Origin: an uncultured delta proteobacterium
GTDB lineage: Bacteria; Myxococcota_A; UBA9160; SZUA-336
Assembly: GCA_963704165.1 (NCBI GenBank)
Contig: CAVPHD010000009.1
Location: forward strand, 288,001 to 352,000
Direction of reading: 5' to 3'
Length of the DNA stretch: 64,000 nt
Shown: piece by piece, positions 11,613 through 22,296 of the stretch
Layout: every line of letters begins with the position of its first letter
Position numbering within the stretch: the stretch's first letter is position 1
The notes under the pieces: generated by a model
Database searches by the model: none
Told to the model about the DNA's origin: nothing
The model's input: only the letters and a program-made list of their open reading frames with translations
Made by a program: the position numbers and the translations under genes

Positions 11613-12798
11613 TTCCGGCCGCGACGCGCGCCGCGACCTCGCGCGCGATCGCGCCCGCGGCCCGCGCGAACTCGTCGCTCGGCCCGAGCAACGACACCAC
11701 CACGTGACAACCGTCGAGGTCGTAGAGCGCGCCCGGATGGACGTAGGTCCCGAGCCGATCGAGCAGGTGAAGCGCCCAGCCCTCGTCGTCGAGTCCTTCG
11801 AGCCGGGGCAGCCGGAGGATCGCGGACCAGCCGGCCTCGACGTCGAGCACGCACGCGGCACCCGAAGCGAGCGCGGCGCGAAGCGCCTCGAGGTTCGCGG
11901 TCGTGCGCGCTCGGATCTCCGCGCGCATCGGCGCCGACTCGCTCAGGATCCGCGGCAGGGCCCGCTGCACCGGCGTCGAGACGGAGAGGTACGTGTCGGC
12001 GATCATCGCCAACCGTTCGCGCGCGGCTTCGACCCGTTCGGCCGGTCCGGACATCACCCCCCAGGCGAGCTTCAGCTGTGGCAACGCGGCGAGCTTCGAC
12101 AGCCCCGAGAGCACGAACGTCAGCGCCGCACGAGCGCCGGCCGCGCAACGGGCACGCCCCGGGGTCTCGCGCAGCGGGAACTCGGCGAAGACCTCGTCGA
12201 CGACGAGCGCGAGGCCACTCGCAGCGCAAAGCGATGCGATCGCTTCGAGCTCCACCTCCGCCAGGTACGCGCCGGTCGGATTCCCGGGAGCGGTGCAGAC
12301 GATCGCGCGCGCGCGCGGCTGCGCGGCAAGGGTGTCGCGAAGCCGCCCGAGATCGACGAACCACGCGCCGTCGTAGCCGAGCTCGTACGAGACCAGCCGC
12401 ACGTCCGCGAGCGCGGCGACGAACTCGAGCAGCGGATAGCCGGGCCGCGGCACGAGCACGACGTCGCCCGGGTCGCAGAGCAGGGCCAAGAGCTGCGCGA
12501 ACGCCTCGCTCGTGCTCGCCGTCAGCCAGACGTCGGACGCGTCGCATGCGCAACCGCGATCTCGGTAGTACCCTGCAATCGCCTCTCGCGCGGACGCGAG
12601 ACCGAAGGGCTCCGGCCGGTAGGCCGCGATCGAAGCGTCGAGCAGGCTCGCGTAGAACGAGCTTCGATACTGAAAGCCGACCGCGGTCGGATTGCTGATG
12701 GTGAGATCGACGACGGCCCCGCCCGCTTCGCGGCGATTCGCGAGCGCGAGGCTGAGTGCGTTTGGCGAGAGCTCCCAGTCGGTGCGGAGGGAGAACAT
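11590..12798 (-). CDS. PLP-dependent aminotransferase class I/II
   Basis: PGNPTG, VDEVF, SGLSK (PLP lysine). Confidence 0.88.
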   Translation of the reverse strand: MFSLRTDWELSPNALSLALANRREAGGAVVDLTISNPTAVGFQYRSSFYASLLDASIAAYRPEPFGLASAREAIAGYYRDRGCACDASDVWLTASTSEAFAQLLALLCDPGDVVLVPRPGYPLLEFVAALADVRLVSYELGYDGAWFVDLGRLRDTLAAQPRARAIVCTAPGNPTGAYLAEVELEAIASLCAASGLALVVDEVFAEFPLRETPGRARCAAGARAALTFVLSGLSKLAALPQLKLAWGVMSGPAERVEAARERLAMIADTYLSVSTPVQRALPRILSESAPMRAEIRARTTANLEALRAALASGAACVLDVEAGWSAILRLPRLEGLDDEGWALHLLDRLGTYVHPGALYDLDGCHVVVSLLGPSDEFARAAGAIAREVAARVAAGISPAGSS

Positions 12799-12873
12799 CC
12801 GGCGCAGCATCACGGACGCGCAGAGTAGCCGCAGTGCGCAGGCAGCGCGCACGCGAGCACGAGCGAGTGGGCG

Positions 12874-15800
12874 ATGAGCTCCCGGGTGAACGCGCCACGG
12901 GTCGAGCCAGAACGCCACTCCGATGAGGCGGGAGAGTCTCGCCCCGAGAATGGAGCCGAGCCCATGCTCCCCTCGCTGCCACATCCCGGATCGACTTCCG
13001 GTCCTGCGCGCGCGCGGACCGAACGGGAGCGCACGCGAAGAGGCCCCCGCTTCCGCATCCGTTGGCGCTGGGTCTTCGCGTTGGCTCTGCTGGGCGCGAT
13101 CGCGCTCGGCGTGATGTTTCTACTCGAGGAGCTGCGCACGTCCGAGTACCAGGCGCGAAAGCTCGCCGCGCTCGCGCGCGAGGCGCAGTTCCGCGTCGAA
13201 CCGGGCCCGAGCCCGAGCATCCGCTTTCCCGACACCGGGCCGTACGACGAGCGGCTCGGCTACACCGGTTTGCCCGACTTCATCGCGCGGCTCGTGGCGT
13301 CGGGCTTCGAGATCGAGTCCCAGGCCCGCCACTCTCCGCGGCTTCAGGAGCTCGAGGACTGGGGCATCTCGCCGGCCTACCGCGAGAAGGACCGCGCCGG
13401 GCTGCGCATCGTCGCGCGCGACGGCGCGCCGTTGTTCGCGACGCGCTTCCCCGAACACACCTACGCGCGTTTCGAGGACGTGCCCGCGGTCGTCGTGGAC
13501 GCGCTCGTCTTCGTCGAGAACCGCGAGGTGCTCGACACGCGTAATCCCAAACGCAATCCCGCCGTCGAGTGGGACCGGCTCGCGCGCGCCGCGTTCGCAC
13601 GCGCGCTCCAGATCGCGGGTGCCGACACCGAGCGCTCGGGCGGCAGCACGCTCGCGACGCAGATCGAGAAGTTCCGCCACTCGCCCCGAGGTCTCACCAG
13701 CTCTCCCGCCGAGAAGCTGCGCCAGATGGCGTCGGCGAGCCTGCGCGCGTACCAGGACGGCGAGAACACGATCGAAGCCCGCCGGCAGATCGTGCTCGAC
13801 TACGTGAACTCGATCCCGCTCGCCGCCGCGCCGCCGCGCGGCGAGGTGATCGGACTCGGGGATGCGATGTCGATCTGGTACGGCGCGGACTTCGCGCGGT
13901 CGAACGAGATCCTCCGCTCGGCCACCGATCCCGCGTCCCGCTTCGATCTCGAGACACGCGCACGCGCCTACAAGCGCGCGCTCTCGCTCGTGCTCTCGGC
14001 CGGACGGCCGTCCTACTACCTGATCCAGGATCCGAAGGCCCTGGCCTCGCGAACCGACACCTATCTGCGTCTGCTCGCGGGAGCCGGAGCGATTCCCACC
14101 GGGCTGCGCGACGCCGCGCTCGCGACCGAGCTCGATCTCCGCCGCCGCGGCGCCGATTCGACGCCGCTCCCGGCCGAAGATCGCAAGTCGGCGAGCACGG
14201 TGCGGGCACGACTGGTCGCGCTGCTCGGACTCTCGGACTACTACGCGCTCGACCGACTCGATCTCGACGTCGAGACCACCGTCCTCCCGTCGGTTCAAGA
14301 TGCCGTCACCCGCGAGTTGCGCGCGCTCCGCGATCCGGAGCGCGCGCGCGAGGCGGGCCTTCTCGCCAAGAATCTGCTCGAGAGCGGGGATCCGTCGAAG
14401 CTCGTCTACAGCTTCTCGCTCTACGAACGCGGACCGGGCGAGAACCACCTGCTCGTGCAGGCCGACAACCTCGACCAGCCGCTCGACGTGAACGAAGGCG
14501 TGAAGCTCGACCTCGGCTCGACCGCAAAGCTGCGCACGCTCGCCACCTATCTCGAGATCGTCGCCGAGCTCCACTCGCGCTTCTCCGGAGAGCACCGCGA
14601 GACGCTCGCCGCGATCGAGATCGACCCGCCCGACCGGATCACGCGCTTCGTGATCGACCAGCTCGTGACCCGACCGGACCTGCCGCTCGCCGACCTGCTC
14701 GACGCCGCGCTCGAGCGTCGATACTCCGCGAGCCCCGACGAGACGTTCTACACCGGCGGCGGCGAGCACCACTTCGGGAACTTCAACAAGGACGACGACG
14801 AGCGGGTGATGTCCGTCCGCAGCGCGTTCACGCTCTCGGTGAATCTCGTCTTCATCCGCCTGATGCGCGACGTCGTGAACTACTACATCCACCAGGCCCC
14901 CGGCTCGAGCGCCGCCCTGCTCAGGGATCCGCGCGATCCGCGCCGAGAGCAGTACCTGACGCGCTTCGCCGACCAGGAGGGCCGGATCTACCTCGAGAGC
15001 TTCTGGCGCAAGTACCACGGCAAGTCCGCCGAGGAGCGGCGCGCCACGCTCCTGCACGGCGTGCGCGCGACACCGAAGCGCGTCGCGATGGCGCTTCGCG
15101 CCGCCTCGCCCGAGCTGCCGTTCGAGGACTTCCAGACCGCGATCCGCGCCCAGCTTCCCGAAGGCAAGCTCGCGCCGGGGATCGAGCGGAAGCTCTACGA
15201 CAGCTACACGCCCCAGCGCTACTCGCTCGCCGATCAGGGGTACATCGCCGGGGTCCACCCGCTCGAGCTCTGGCTGGTCGGGCACCTGGCCTCGCACCCG
15301 GACACGACGCTCCGGCAGGTCTTCGAAGCGAGCGCCGACGAACGCATTTCGGTGTACAAGTGGCTCTTCAGCCGTCACCGCAAGCGCGCGCAGGATCGCC
15401 GCATCCGCAGCCTGCTCGAGATCGAGGCCTTCCTCGAGGTGCACCGGAACTGGCAGGCGCACGGCTACCCGTTCGATTCGATCGTGCCGTCGCTCGCGAC
15501 CGCGATCGGCAGCGCTGCGGACCGGCCGTCCTCGCTCGCCGAGCTCACCGGCATCATCGTGAACGACGGCCTCCGCGTGCCGGTGGTCCGGATCGCGCGG
15601 CTCCGCTTCGCCGCCGACACGCCGTGGGAGACATCCCTCGTCCCCGCACCGACCGAGGGCGTGCGAGTGATGCCGCAGGCGGTCGCGCGCGCACTGCGCG
15701 TCGCGATGGTGGCCGTCGTCGATCACGGCACCGCCGTGCGCGCACGTGGGTCACTCGTCTCCCCCGAGGGCCGGATCGCCGTGGTCGGCGGGAAGACGGG

Positions 15801-16086
15801 CACGGGCGACCACCGATACAAGGTCTTCGGACCTGGTGGAACGCTGCGCGAGTCGCGTGTCGTGAACCGCACCGCGACCTTCGTCTTCCTGATCGACGAC
15901 CGCTACTACGGGGTCGTGACCGCCCTCGTGCAAGGGCCGGACGCCGCGAGCTTCTCCTTCACCAGCTCGCTGCCGACCCAGATCTTCAAGGTGCTCGCAC
16001 CGACGCTCTCACCCCTCACGCGCGCCGCACCCGGCTCGCTGACGAACACGGCCGCGCTTCCCGAGTCCGGATTCGGAGGGCGCTGA
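12874..16086 (+). CDS. Large class A PBP-like transglycosylase/transpeptidase (GT51)
   Basis: N-terminal TM; GGSTLATQ (GT51); STAK, SVN and KTG transpeptidase motifs; start may be 12964. Confidence 0.85.
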   Translation: MSSRVNAPRVEPERHSDEAGESRPENGAEPMLPSLPHPGSTSGPARARTERERTRRGPRFRIRWRWVFALALLGAIALGVMFLLEELRTSEYQARKLAALAREAQFRVEPGPSPSIRFPDTGPYDERLGYTGLPDFIARLVASGFEIESQARHSPRLQELEDWGISPAYREKDRAGLRIVARDGAPLFATRFPEHTYARFEDVPAVVVDALVFVENREVLDTRNPKRNPAVEWDRLARAAFARALQIAGADTERSGGSTLATQIEKFRHSPRGLTSSPAEKLRQMASASLRAYQDGENTIEARRQIVLDYVNSIPLAAAPPRGEVIGLGDAMSIWYGADFARSNEILRSATDPASRFDLETRARAYKRALSLVLSAGRPSYYLIQDPKALASRTDTYLRLLAGAGAIPTGLRDAALATELDLRRRGADSTPLPAEDRKSASTVRARLVALLGLSDYYALDRLDLDVETTVLPSVQDAVTRELRALRDPERAREAGLLAKNLLESGDPSKLVYSFSLYERGPGENHLLVQADNLDQPLDVNEGVKLDLGSTAKLRTLATYLEIVAELHSRFSGEHRETLAAIEIDPPDRITRFVIDQLVTRPDLPLADLLDAALERRYSASPDETFYTGGGEHHFGNFNKDDDERVMSVRSAFTLSVNLVFIRLMRDVVNYYIHQAPGSSAALLRDPRDPRREQYLTRFADQEGRIYLESFWRKYHGKSAEERRATLLHGVRATPKRVAMALRAASPELPFEDFQTAIRAQLPEGKLAPGIERKLYDSYTPQRYSLADQGYIAGVHPLELWLVGHLASHPDTTLRQVFEASADERISVYKWLFSRHRKRAQDRRIRSLLEIEAFLEVHRNWQAHGYPFDSIVPSLATAIGSAADRPSSLAELTGIIVNDGLRVPVVRIARLRFAADTPWETSLVPAPTEGVRVMPQAVARALRVAMVAVVDHGTAVRARGSLVSPEGRIAVVGGKTGTGDHRYKVFGPGGTLRESRVVNRTATFVFLIDDRYYGVVTALVQGPDAASFSFTSSLPTQIFKVLAPTLSPLTRAAPGSLTNTAALPESGFGGR

Positions 16087-16096
16087 CCCAAGCGCT

Positions 16097-16819
16097 TCAG
16101 CTTCTTCGCCGCGAGGCGGCAAGATCGTTCAAGAGCTCGATCTGCACCTCCTGTAGCTCGACCATGCGGTCGAACTGCCCGTGCAGCAGGTGGTCGATCT
16201 TCTCGTGCAGGCTCGCGATCTCGAGCTCAGCCTTCAAGTTCGTGCGGAAGTCGAGGTCGGCTTCCATGCGATCGCGCGCGGACCTGCGGTTCTGGGACAT
16301 CATGATGACCGGCGCCTGCATCGCGGCCAGACAGGACAGCACCAGATTCAGCAGGATGAACGGGTACGGATCGAAGGCGCGTGCGGCGAGACCGGCGTTG
16401 ATCGCGATCCAGCACACGAGCACGATCAAGAAGCCGATGACGAACGGCCACGAGCCGCCGACGGCGGCGACCGCGTCCGCGACGCGCTGGGCGGGAGTCG
16501 CGCGGCGGTTGAACTCGCGCTCGAGGTTCTCGGCGATCGAGACGTGCTCGTCCGCGCGCCGCGCAACCTCGGCCTCGACGGCGGTCAGCTCACCGCGCTC
16601 GTCCGCGAGGCGTTCCAAGGCGTATTCGACCCGCTCCCGCATGAGACAGTTGCGGCAGATGTAGCCGGTGCCGGGCCACCGTCCGGGATGTCCGGCCGCG
16701 ATCCGATCGGCGTTCTGAATTCGGACCGAATCCGCCCGGATGAGTTCCGATCGCCCCCCCATCCGGTGACAGAGCGTGCAGCTTCGCGGACCGTCCCTGG
16801 AATCGACCGGCGTGGACAT
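16097..16819 (-). CDS. DUF1003 membrane protein with N-terminal CxxC..CxxC
   Basis: GGSWPF, FDPYPFILLNLVLSCLAAMQAPVIMMSQNR, NLKAELEI. Confidence 0.92.
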   Translation of the reverse strand: MSTPVDSRDGPRSCTLCHRMGGRSELIRADSVRIQNADRIAAGHPGRWPGTGYICRNCLMRERVEYALERLADERGELTAVEAEVARRADEHVSIAENLEREFNRRATPAQRVADAVAAVGGSWPFVIGFLIVLVCWIAINAGLAARAFDPYPFILLNLVLSCLAAMQAPVIMMSQNRRSARDRMEADLDFRTNLKAELEIASLHEKIDHLLHGQFDRMVELQEVQIELLNDLAASRRRS

Positions 16820-16898
16820 CGCGTCGCCTCCCGCGGCCGTCGCCGCATCGCCGCACGCTAATCGGGTACCGTGGCGCAAGGCAACCGGGAGAACGCGC

Positions 16899-18104
16899 AT
16901 GACGTCGCCCTGCGAGGGACTGAAGGTCGTCGAGGTCGCGAACTGGGTCGCAGGCCCCGCCGCCGGCGCGATGTTCCGCGACATGGGCGCCGAGGTGCTG
17001 AAGATCGAGCCGCCCGAGGGCGACGCGCTGCGCGCCTTCAAGATGCGCAACCTCGGCTACGACACGGACTTGAACACCGCCTTCGAGCTCGACAACCGCG
17101 GCAAGCGATCGCTCGTGCTCGACTTCGAGAAACCGCGTGCGCGCGAGGTGGTGGTTCGGCTGGTGCGCGACGCCGACGTCTTCCTCACCAATCTCACCCA
17201 GCCGCGCCGAGAGAAGTACGGTCTGACGTACGAACGACTGACGGCGGCGAACCCGCGGCTCGTCTACACCTCGCTCACCGGCTACGGCACGCACGGTCCG
17301 GATCACTGGCGACCGGGCTTCGACTACGCGGCCTTCTGGGCGCGATCGGGAATCATGGCGACGCTCGGCGAGCCGCCGTCGGCGCCTCCGCTCTGCCGCG
17401 GCGGACAGGGCGATCACACCACGGCGTTGAATCTCGTGCTCGCCTCACTCGCCGCGCTGCGGCTGCGTGATCGCACCGGTGAAGCCCAGTACGCCGACGT
17501 CACTCTCTACGGCACGGGCATGTGGACGCTCGCCGGCGACCTCTCGGCGGCGTTGATCACGCGGGCGCACCCGCCCCGTCACGATCGAACGGCGCCCGCG
17601 AATCCGATCTGGAACTCGTACCCGACGCGCGACGGCCGCTTCATCCTGCTCGTGCACCCGGACCCGCAGCCGTTCTGGCCGCGTTTCTGCGCGGCGATCG
17701 GTGAGCCCACGTGGGTGGACGACCCGCGCTGGGACACCGCGGCGAAGCGGACCGCGGCCGCGCGAGAGCTGTCTGGCGCGATCGGGGAGCGCTTCGCGCG
17801 CGAAGACTTCGAACACTGGTCCCACGCACTCGACGAGCAGAAGCTGATCTGGGCGCCGGTCGAGACGCTGGACCGCGTGATCGTCGATCCCCAGGCGCGC
17901 GCGATCGGCGCGTTCGTGCAGATCGACCACCCCAAGGAAGGCCGCTTCGAAACGGTGGCCGTGCCGCTCGCGATCGCGAACAGCCGGATCGAGCCCAGGG
18001 GACCCGCGCCCGAGCTCGGCGCGCACTCGCGCGAAGTCCTGGCCGAGCACGGCTTCAGCGCCGACGAGATCCTCACGCTCGACGCCGAGGGCGTGCTCGG
18101 TTGA
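16899..18104 (+). CDS. CoA-transferase family III (CaiB/BaiF)
   Basis: GAEVLKIEPPEGD, NRGKRS, PGFD, GPAPELGAHS. Confidence 0.93.
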   Translation: MTSPCEGLKVVEVANWVAGPAAGAMFRDMGAEVLKIEPPEGDALRAFKMRNLGYDTDLNTAFELDNRGKRSLVLDFEKPRAREVVVRLVRDADVFLTNLTQPRREKYGLTYERLTAANPRLVYTSLTGYGTHGPDHWRPGFDYAAFWARSGIMATLGEPPSAPPLCRGGQGDHTTALNLVLASLAALRLRDRTGEAQYADVTLYGTGMWTLAGDLSAALITRAHPPRHDRTAPANPIWNSYPTRDGRFILLVHPDPQPFWPRFCAAIGEPTWVDDPRWDTAAKRTAAARELSGAIGERFAREDFEHWSHALDEQKLIWAPVETLDRVIVDPQARAIGAFVQIDHPKEGRFETVAVPLAIANSRIEPRGPAPELGAHSREVLAEHGFSADEILTLDAEGVLG

Positions 18105-19042
18105 GCGAGGCGCAGGCCGAGATGCTCGCGAACCGGCTGCGCAAACGTTCGCGGCACCTGTCGAAGTGGGCGCGCCGAACGGGTGTCTCCTGTTACCGCC
18201 TGTACGATTGCGACATTCCCGAGATCCCGCTCGTGATCGACCGGTACGAGGGCCGGGTACACGTGTCGGTGTACGCGCGCGAAGGCGACGCCCTGCGCGA
18301 CGACGGCTGGGTCGACGCGATGACGGCCGCCATCTCGAACGCGCTCGAGCTTCCGCGCGAAGACGTCTTCGCGAAGCGCCGCGCCGGCCAGCCCGGCGCG
18401 ACGCAGTACGGCAAGCTCGGCGACGACCGCGCGACCTTCACGGTGACCGAAGCGGGTCTCCGCTTCCGGGTGAACCTTTCCGACTACGTCGATACGGGGC
18501 TCTTCCTCGACCACCGCGAGACGCGCGTCCGGGTCGGCCGGGAGGCCTCGGGCACGCGCTTCCTGAACTTGTTCTGCTACACCGGCGCATTCACCGTCCA
18601 TGCCGCAGCCGGGGGTGCGATCGCGACGACCAGCGTCGACCTCTCGAAGACCTATCTCGACTGGGCCGCCGAGAACCTGCGCCTGAACGGGCTCGATGGC
18701 GCGCAGCACGAGCTCGTGCGCGCCGACGTGCTGGAGTTCCTCGAGCGCGACACGGGACCGTACGACCTGGCCGTCCTCGACCCGCCGACGTTCTCGAACA
18801 GCAAGAAGATGCGCGGCGCGCTCGACCTGCAGCGCGATCACGCCGCCCTCGTGAACGCGACGCTGCGCCGGCTCGCGCCCGGCGGCGTGCTCTGGTTCTC
18901 GACCAATTTCCGGCGCTTCAAGCTCGACGCGGCGGCCCTCGACGCGGAATCGATCGAGGACGTCTCGCGCGAGACGCTGCCCGAGGACTTCCCCGACCCG
19001 CGCACGCGCTACGCATGGCGAATCGTGAAGCCGCGCGCGTGA
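18101..19042 (+). CDS. Class I SAM-dependent rRNA methyltransferase (RlmK/RlmI-like)
   Basis: YRLYDCDIPE, DTGLFLDHR, LNLFCYTG, DPPTFSNSKKM; TTG start overlaps upstream stop. Confidence 0.9.
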   Translation: MSEAQAEMLANRLRKRSRHLSKWARRTGVSCYRLYDCDIPEIPLVIDRYEGRVHVSVYAREGDALRDDGWVDAMTAAISNALELPREDVFAKRRAGQPGATQYGKLGDDRATFTVTEAGLRFRVNLSDYVDTGLFLDHRETRVRVGREASGTRFLNLFCYTGAFTVHAAAGGAIATTSVDLSKTYLDWAAENLRLNGLDGAQHELVRADVLEFLERDTGPYDLAVLDPPTFSNSKKMRGALDLQRDHAALVNATLRRLAPGGVLWFSTNFRRFKLDAAALDAESIEDVSRETLPEDFPDPRTRYAWRIVKPRA

Positions 19043-19055
19043 TAGCGTAGCTCGC

Positions 19056-19628
19056 ATGAGCGGAGGGCTTCACGACTACGAGCAGGTCTCGGTCTACGGC
19101 CTCGACGACGCCGCGCGCGAGGATCTCTTGCGCACGCACGCCGAGTGCAGCTTCAACTGGGCGACGAAGGACGGCTGGCCGGTCGGCGTCATCATGTCGT
19201 ACCTGTGGAAGGACGGCCGCTTCTGGCTCACGGCCGGGGCGCACCGCCACCGCATCGAGGCCGTGCGACGAGACCCGCGCGTGTCGATCGTCGTCACCAG
19301 CACCGGCACGAAGCTCGGCCCGGGCAAGAGCGTGACCGCGAAAGGGCGTTGCACCGTGCACGAGGACGCCGAGACCAAGCGCTGGTTCTACCCCGAGTTC
19401 GCGCGTCATCTCTACCCCGAGGCTTCGGCCGCGGAGAAGTTCGCGGCGTTCCTCGACTCACCCCTTCGCGTCGTTCTCGAAGTCACTCCCGAGAAGTGGA
19501 TCAGCTACGACGGCGTGAAGATGTTCCTCGACGGTGCCGGCAAGCTGCCGGCCGAGAAGCGCACGGCGCCCAAGAGCAGCGACTCCATCCGGCTCGCGCG
19601 TGAGCTCGAACGCCGCGGCCTCGGGTAG
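19056..19628 (+). CDS. Pyridoxamine 5'-phosphate oxidase-like split-barrel protein
   Basis: TKDGWP, RRDPRVSIVV, PEKWISYDG. Confidence 0.75.
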   Translation: MSGGLHDYEQVSVYGLDDAAREDLLRTHAECSFNWATKDGWPVGVIMSYLWKDGRFWLTAGAHRHRIEAVRRDPRVSIVVTSTGTKLGPGKSVTAKGRCTVHEDAETKRWFYPEFARHLYPEASAAEKFAAFLDSPLRVVLEVTPEKWISYDGVKMFLDGAGKLPAEKRTAPKSSDSIRLARELERRGLG

Positions 19629-19685
19629 CCGCGAGGCTCAAGTCCGACGGCGCCGGGGACGAATCGAGCGTCGAGGAGCTCGCTC

Positions 19686-20249
19686 TTGACTGCCCCTGCC
19701 GCTCGCGCGTTCGCGCGCGCTCTGCTCGTCGGTCTGCTGCTCGCCGCCGCGAGCTCGCACGCGTCCGCGGGTGAGCTCTACCGCTGGGTGACCGAGGACG
19801 GGCGGGTCGAGATCGGACCCGTCCCTCCCGCGGGCGCTTCGGCCGTCCCGTGGCGACCGGGGCAGGACGCCGCCGCCAAGCCCGCGGAAGCGACGGCGCC
19901 CGCAGGCCGGGCGAAGGGCCGCGCTCGCGGTGATCGCGCGTGCGCACGGCATCGAGAGGCCTCGCGCCAGACCGCCCAAGCGCTCATCGATGCCGAGACC
20001 GAAGTCACGCGTCTCGAGCAGAAGATCGAGATGCTCGAGTCCAGCCACGTCGCGTACTCGCGGACGAGCTGCGTGTCCCAGGGAATCGACGGCCCGAGAT
20101 CGAACTGTGTCTCTCATCGATTCGACCGCGACGCCGAAATCGAGCGCGCGGAGGCGGCACTCGACGCGGCGCAGGAGCGCCTCGCCGATCTGGAGCTGCA
20201 CGCGCGGCGCGAAGCACCGTCGAGCTGCCCGCCCGCGTCCGCGGACTAG
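19686..20249 (+). CDS. Secreted DUF4124-domain protein
   Basis: Signal peptide, LYRWVTEDGRV..PP motif, coiled coil. Confidence 0.65.
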   Translation: MTAPAARAFARALLVGLLLAAASSHASAGELYRWVTEDGRVEIGPVPPAGASAVPWRPGQDAAAKPAEATAPAGRAKGRARGDRACARHREASRQTAQALIDAETEVTRLEQKIEMLESSHVAYSRTSCVSQGIDGPRSNCVSHRFDRDAEIERAEAALDAAQERLADLELHARREAPSSCPPASAD

Positions 20250-20259
20250 CGCGTGACGA

Positions 20260-21051
20260 CTACCGCCCGGTGAAGCGCGGCTTGCGCTTCTCCTGGAACG
20301 CCTTCACGCCCTCGGCGTAGTCGTGGGAGCGGCCCGCGAGCGCCTGCAAGTCGCGCTCGCGGTCGAGCTGCGCGTCGAGATCGCTCGCGAGCGACGCGTT
20401 CGTCGCGCGCTTGATCAGGCCGATCGCGGTGGTGGGCATCGCGGCCATGCGCGTCGCGAGGGCTTCCGCCTCGGCCATCAGCTGCTCCGGCTCGTGCACC
20501 GCCCAGATCATGCCGAAGCCGAGCGCCTGTTCCGCGCTGATCTTCTCGCCGAGCATCATCAGCGCCCTGGCGCGCGGCAAGCCGACGAGGCGCGGCAGGA
20601 AGTACGTGCCCCCGCTGTCGGGAACCAGCCCGATGTTGACGAAGGCCTGGATGAAGTTGGCGTTTTTCGCGGCGAGCACGATGTCGCAGGCGAGCGCGAG
20701 GTTCGCGCCCGCGCCCGCGGCCACGCCGTTCACCGCGCACACGACGGGCTTCTCGAGCGCGACGAGCCGGCGCACGATCGGGTTGTAGTTCTGCTCGAGC
20801 ACGGCCGAGAGCTCGGGGCCCTTCGAGCCGTCGGCGGGAGCGATCTCGGCCAGATCCTGCCCCGCGCAGAACGCGCGTCCCTCGCCCGTCAGGAGCAGCG
20901 CGCGCACGTCGGGCGCGCCGGCGGCTTCGTCGAGCGCGCCGCGCAGCTCGCGCGCCATCGCGGTGTTGAAGCTGTTCAAGACGTCGGGCCGATGCAGCGT
21001 GATCCGGGCGACGCCGTCCTTGACCTCGTAGCGGATGTGTTCGCGCGTCAT
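20260..21051 (-). CDS. paaG: Crotonase-family ring-epoxide isomerase PaaG
   Basis: AFCAGQDL, NGVAAGAGANLALACD, GLVPDSGGT; divergent from paaA. Confidence 0.88.
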   Translation of the reverse strand: MTREHIRYEVKDGVARITLHRPDVLNSFNTAMARELRGALDEAAGAPDVRALLLTGEGRAFCAGQDLAEIAPADGSKGPELSAVLEQNYNPIVRRLVALEKPVVCAVNGVAAGAGANLALACDIVLAAKNANFIQAFVNIGLVPDSGGTYFLPRLVGLPRARALMMLGEKISAEQALGFGMIWAVHEPEQLMAEAEALATRMAAMPTTAIGLIKRATNASLASDLDAQLDRERDLQALAGRSHDYAEGVKAFQEKRKPRFTGR

Positions 21052-21073
21052 GTCGGAATGATACCCTGCGCGG

Positions 21074-22000
21074 ATGGACGACGCGGAGCGCGAACGGGCC
21101 TTCCAGGCGCGCATCGACGCGGGTGAGACGATCGAGCCCAAGGACTGGATGCCCGAGGCCTACCGGCGCCAGCTGATCCGCATGATGTCGCAGCACGCGC
21201 ACTCCGAGGTCGTCGGCACGTTGCCCGAGGGGAACTGGATCACGCGAGCACCGTCGCTGCGCCGCAAGCAGACGCTTCTGGCGAAGGTGCAGGACGAAGC
21301 CGGCCACGGCCTGTACCTGTACTCCGCGGTCGAAACGCTCGGCGTCGCGCGCGAGACGCTGATCGCGGATCTACTCGCCGGACGCGCGAAGTACTCGAAC
21401 ATCTTCAACTACCCCACGCTCTCCTGGGCCGACGTCGGCGCGATCGGCTGGCTCGTGGATGGGGCGGCGATCGTCAATCAGACCACGCTCGCCAAGTGCT
21501 CGTACGGCCCGTACGCACGCGCGATGATCCGGATCTGCAAGGAAGAGAGCTTCCACGAGAAGCAGGGATTCGAGCTGATGGCGGTGCTCGCATCGGGAAC
21601 GCCTGCGCAACGCGAGTCGGCGCAGAGCGCGCTCGACCGCTGGTGGTGGCCGGCGCTGATGATGTTCGGCCCGCCCGACGACGCCTCGCCCAACAGCGAG
21701 CAGCTGCTCCGCTGGCGCGTGAAGCTCCGGAGCAACGACGAGCTTCGGCAGTGGTTCGTCGATCTCGCCGTGCCACAAGTGCAGGAGCTCGGGCTCGACG
21801 TTCCGGATCCGTTGCTCGAGTTCGACGCACGCGCCGGGCACTGGCGCACCGGCCCGATCGATTGGGACGAGTTCTGGCGTGTCGTGCGCGGCGGCGGCCT
21901 CTGCAATCGCGACCGAATCGCCGCGCGGACGCGCGCGCACGAGGACGGCCGCTGGGTGCGCGAAGCCGCGGAAGCCTACGCAAAGAAGAGGCAGGCATGA
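21074..22000 (+). CDS. paaA: Phenylacetyl-CoA epoxidase catalytic subunit
   Basis: [41 protein letters not shown]. Confidence 0.97.
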   Translation: MDDAERERAFQARIDAGETIEPKDWMPEAYRRQLIRMMSQHAHSEVVGTLPEGNWITRAPSLRRKQTLLAKVQDEAGHGLYLYSAVETLGVARETLIADLLAGRAKYSNIFNYPTLSWADVGAIGWLVDGAAIVNQTTLAKCSYGPYARAMIRICKEESFHEKQGFELMAVLASGTPAQRESAQSALDRWWWPALMMFGPPDDASPNSEQLLRWRVKLRSNDELRQWFVDLAVPQVQELGLDVPDPLLEFDARAGHWRTGPIDWDEFWRVVRGGGLCNRDRIAARTRAHEDGRWVREAAEAYAKKRQA

Positions 22001-22296
22001 GCAACCCGACCCGCGACACGCAATGGCCGCTCTGGGAGGTCTTCGTGCAGGAGAAGGCGGGCGCGCCGCACGCGCACGCGGGATCCGTGCACGCCCCCGA
22101 CGGAGAGCTCGCGCTCCAGGCCGCGCGCGACACCTACACGCGGCGCGGTCCGGTTGCGAGCGTCTGGGTGATTCCGTCGGCCGAGATCGTCGCGACCACG
22201 CCCGCCGATTCGCCCGCGTTCCTCGAGCCCGGCCCCGAGAAGGTCTACCGCCACCCGCAGTTCTACGCTGGACCGAAGGCGCGGAAATCCCGATGA
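21997..22296 (+). CDS. paaB: Phenylacetyl-CoA epoxidase subunit B
   Basis: [35 protein letters not shown] overlap with paaA. Confidence 0.95.
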   Translation: MSNPTRDTQWPLWEVFVQEKAGAPHAHAGSVHAPDGELALQAARDTYTRRGPVASVWVIPSAEIVATTPADSPAFLEPGPEKVYRHPQFYAGPKARKSR

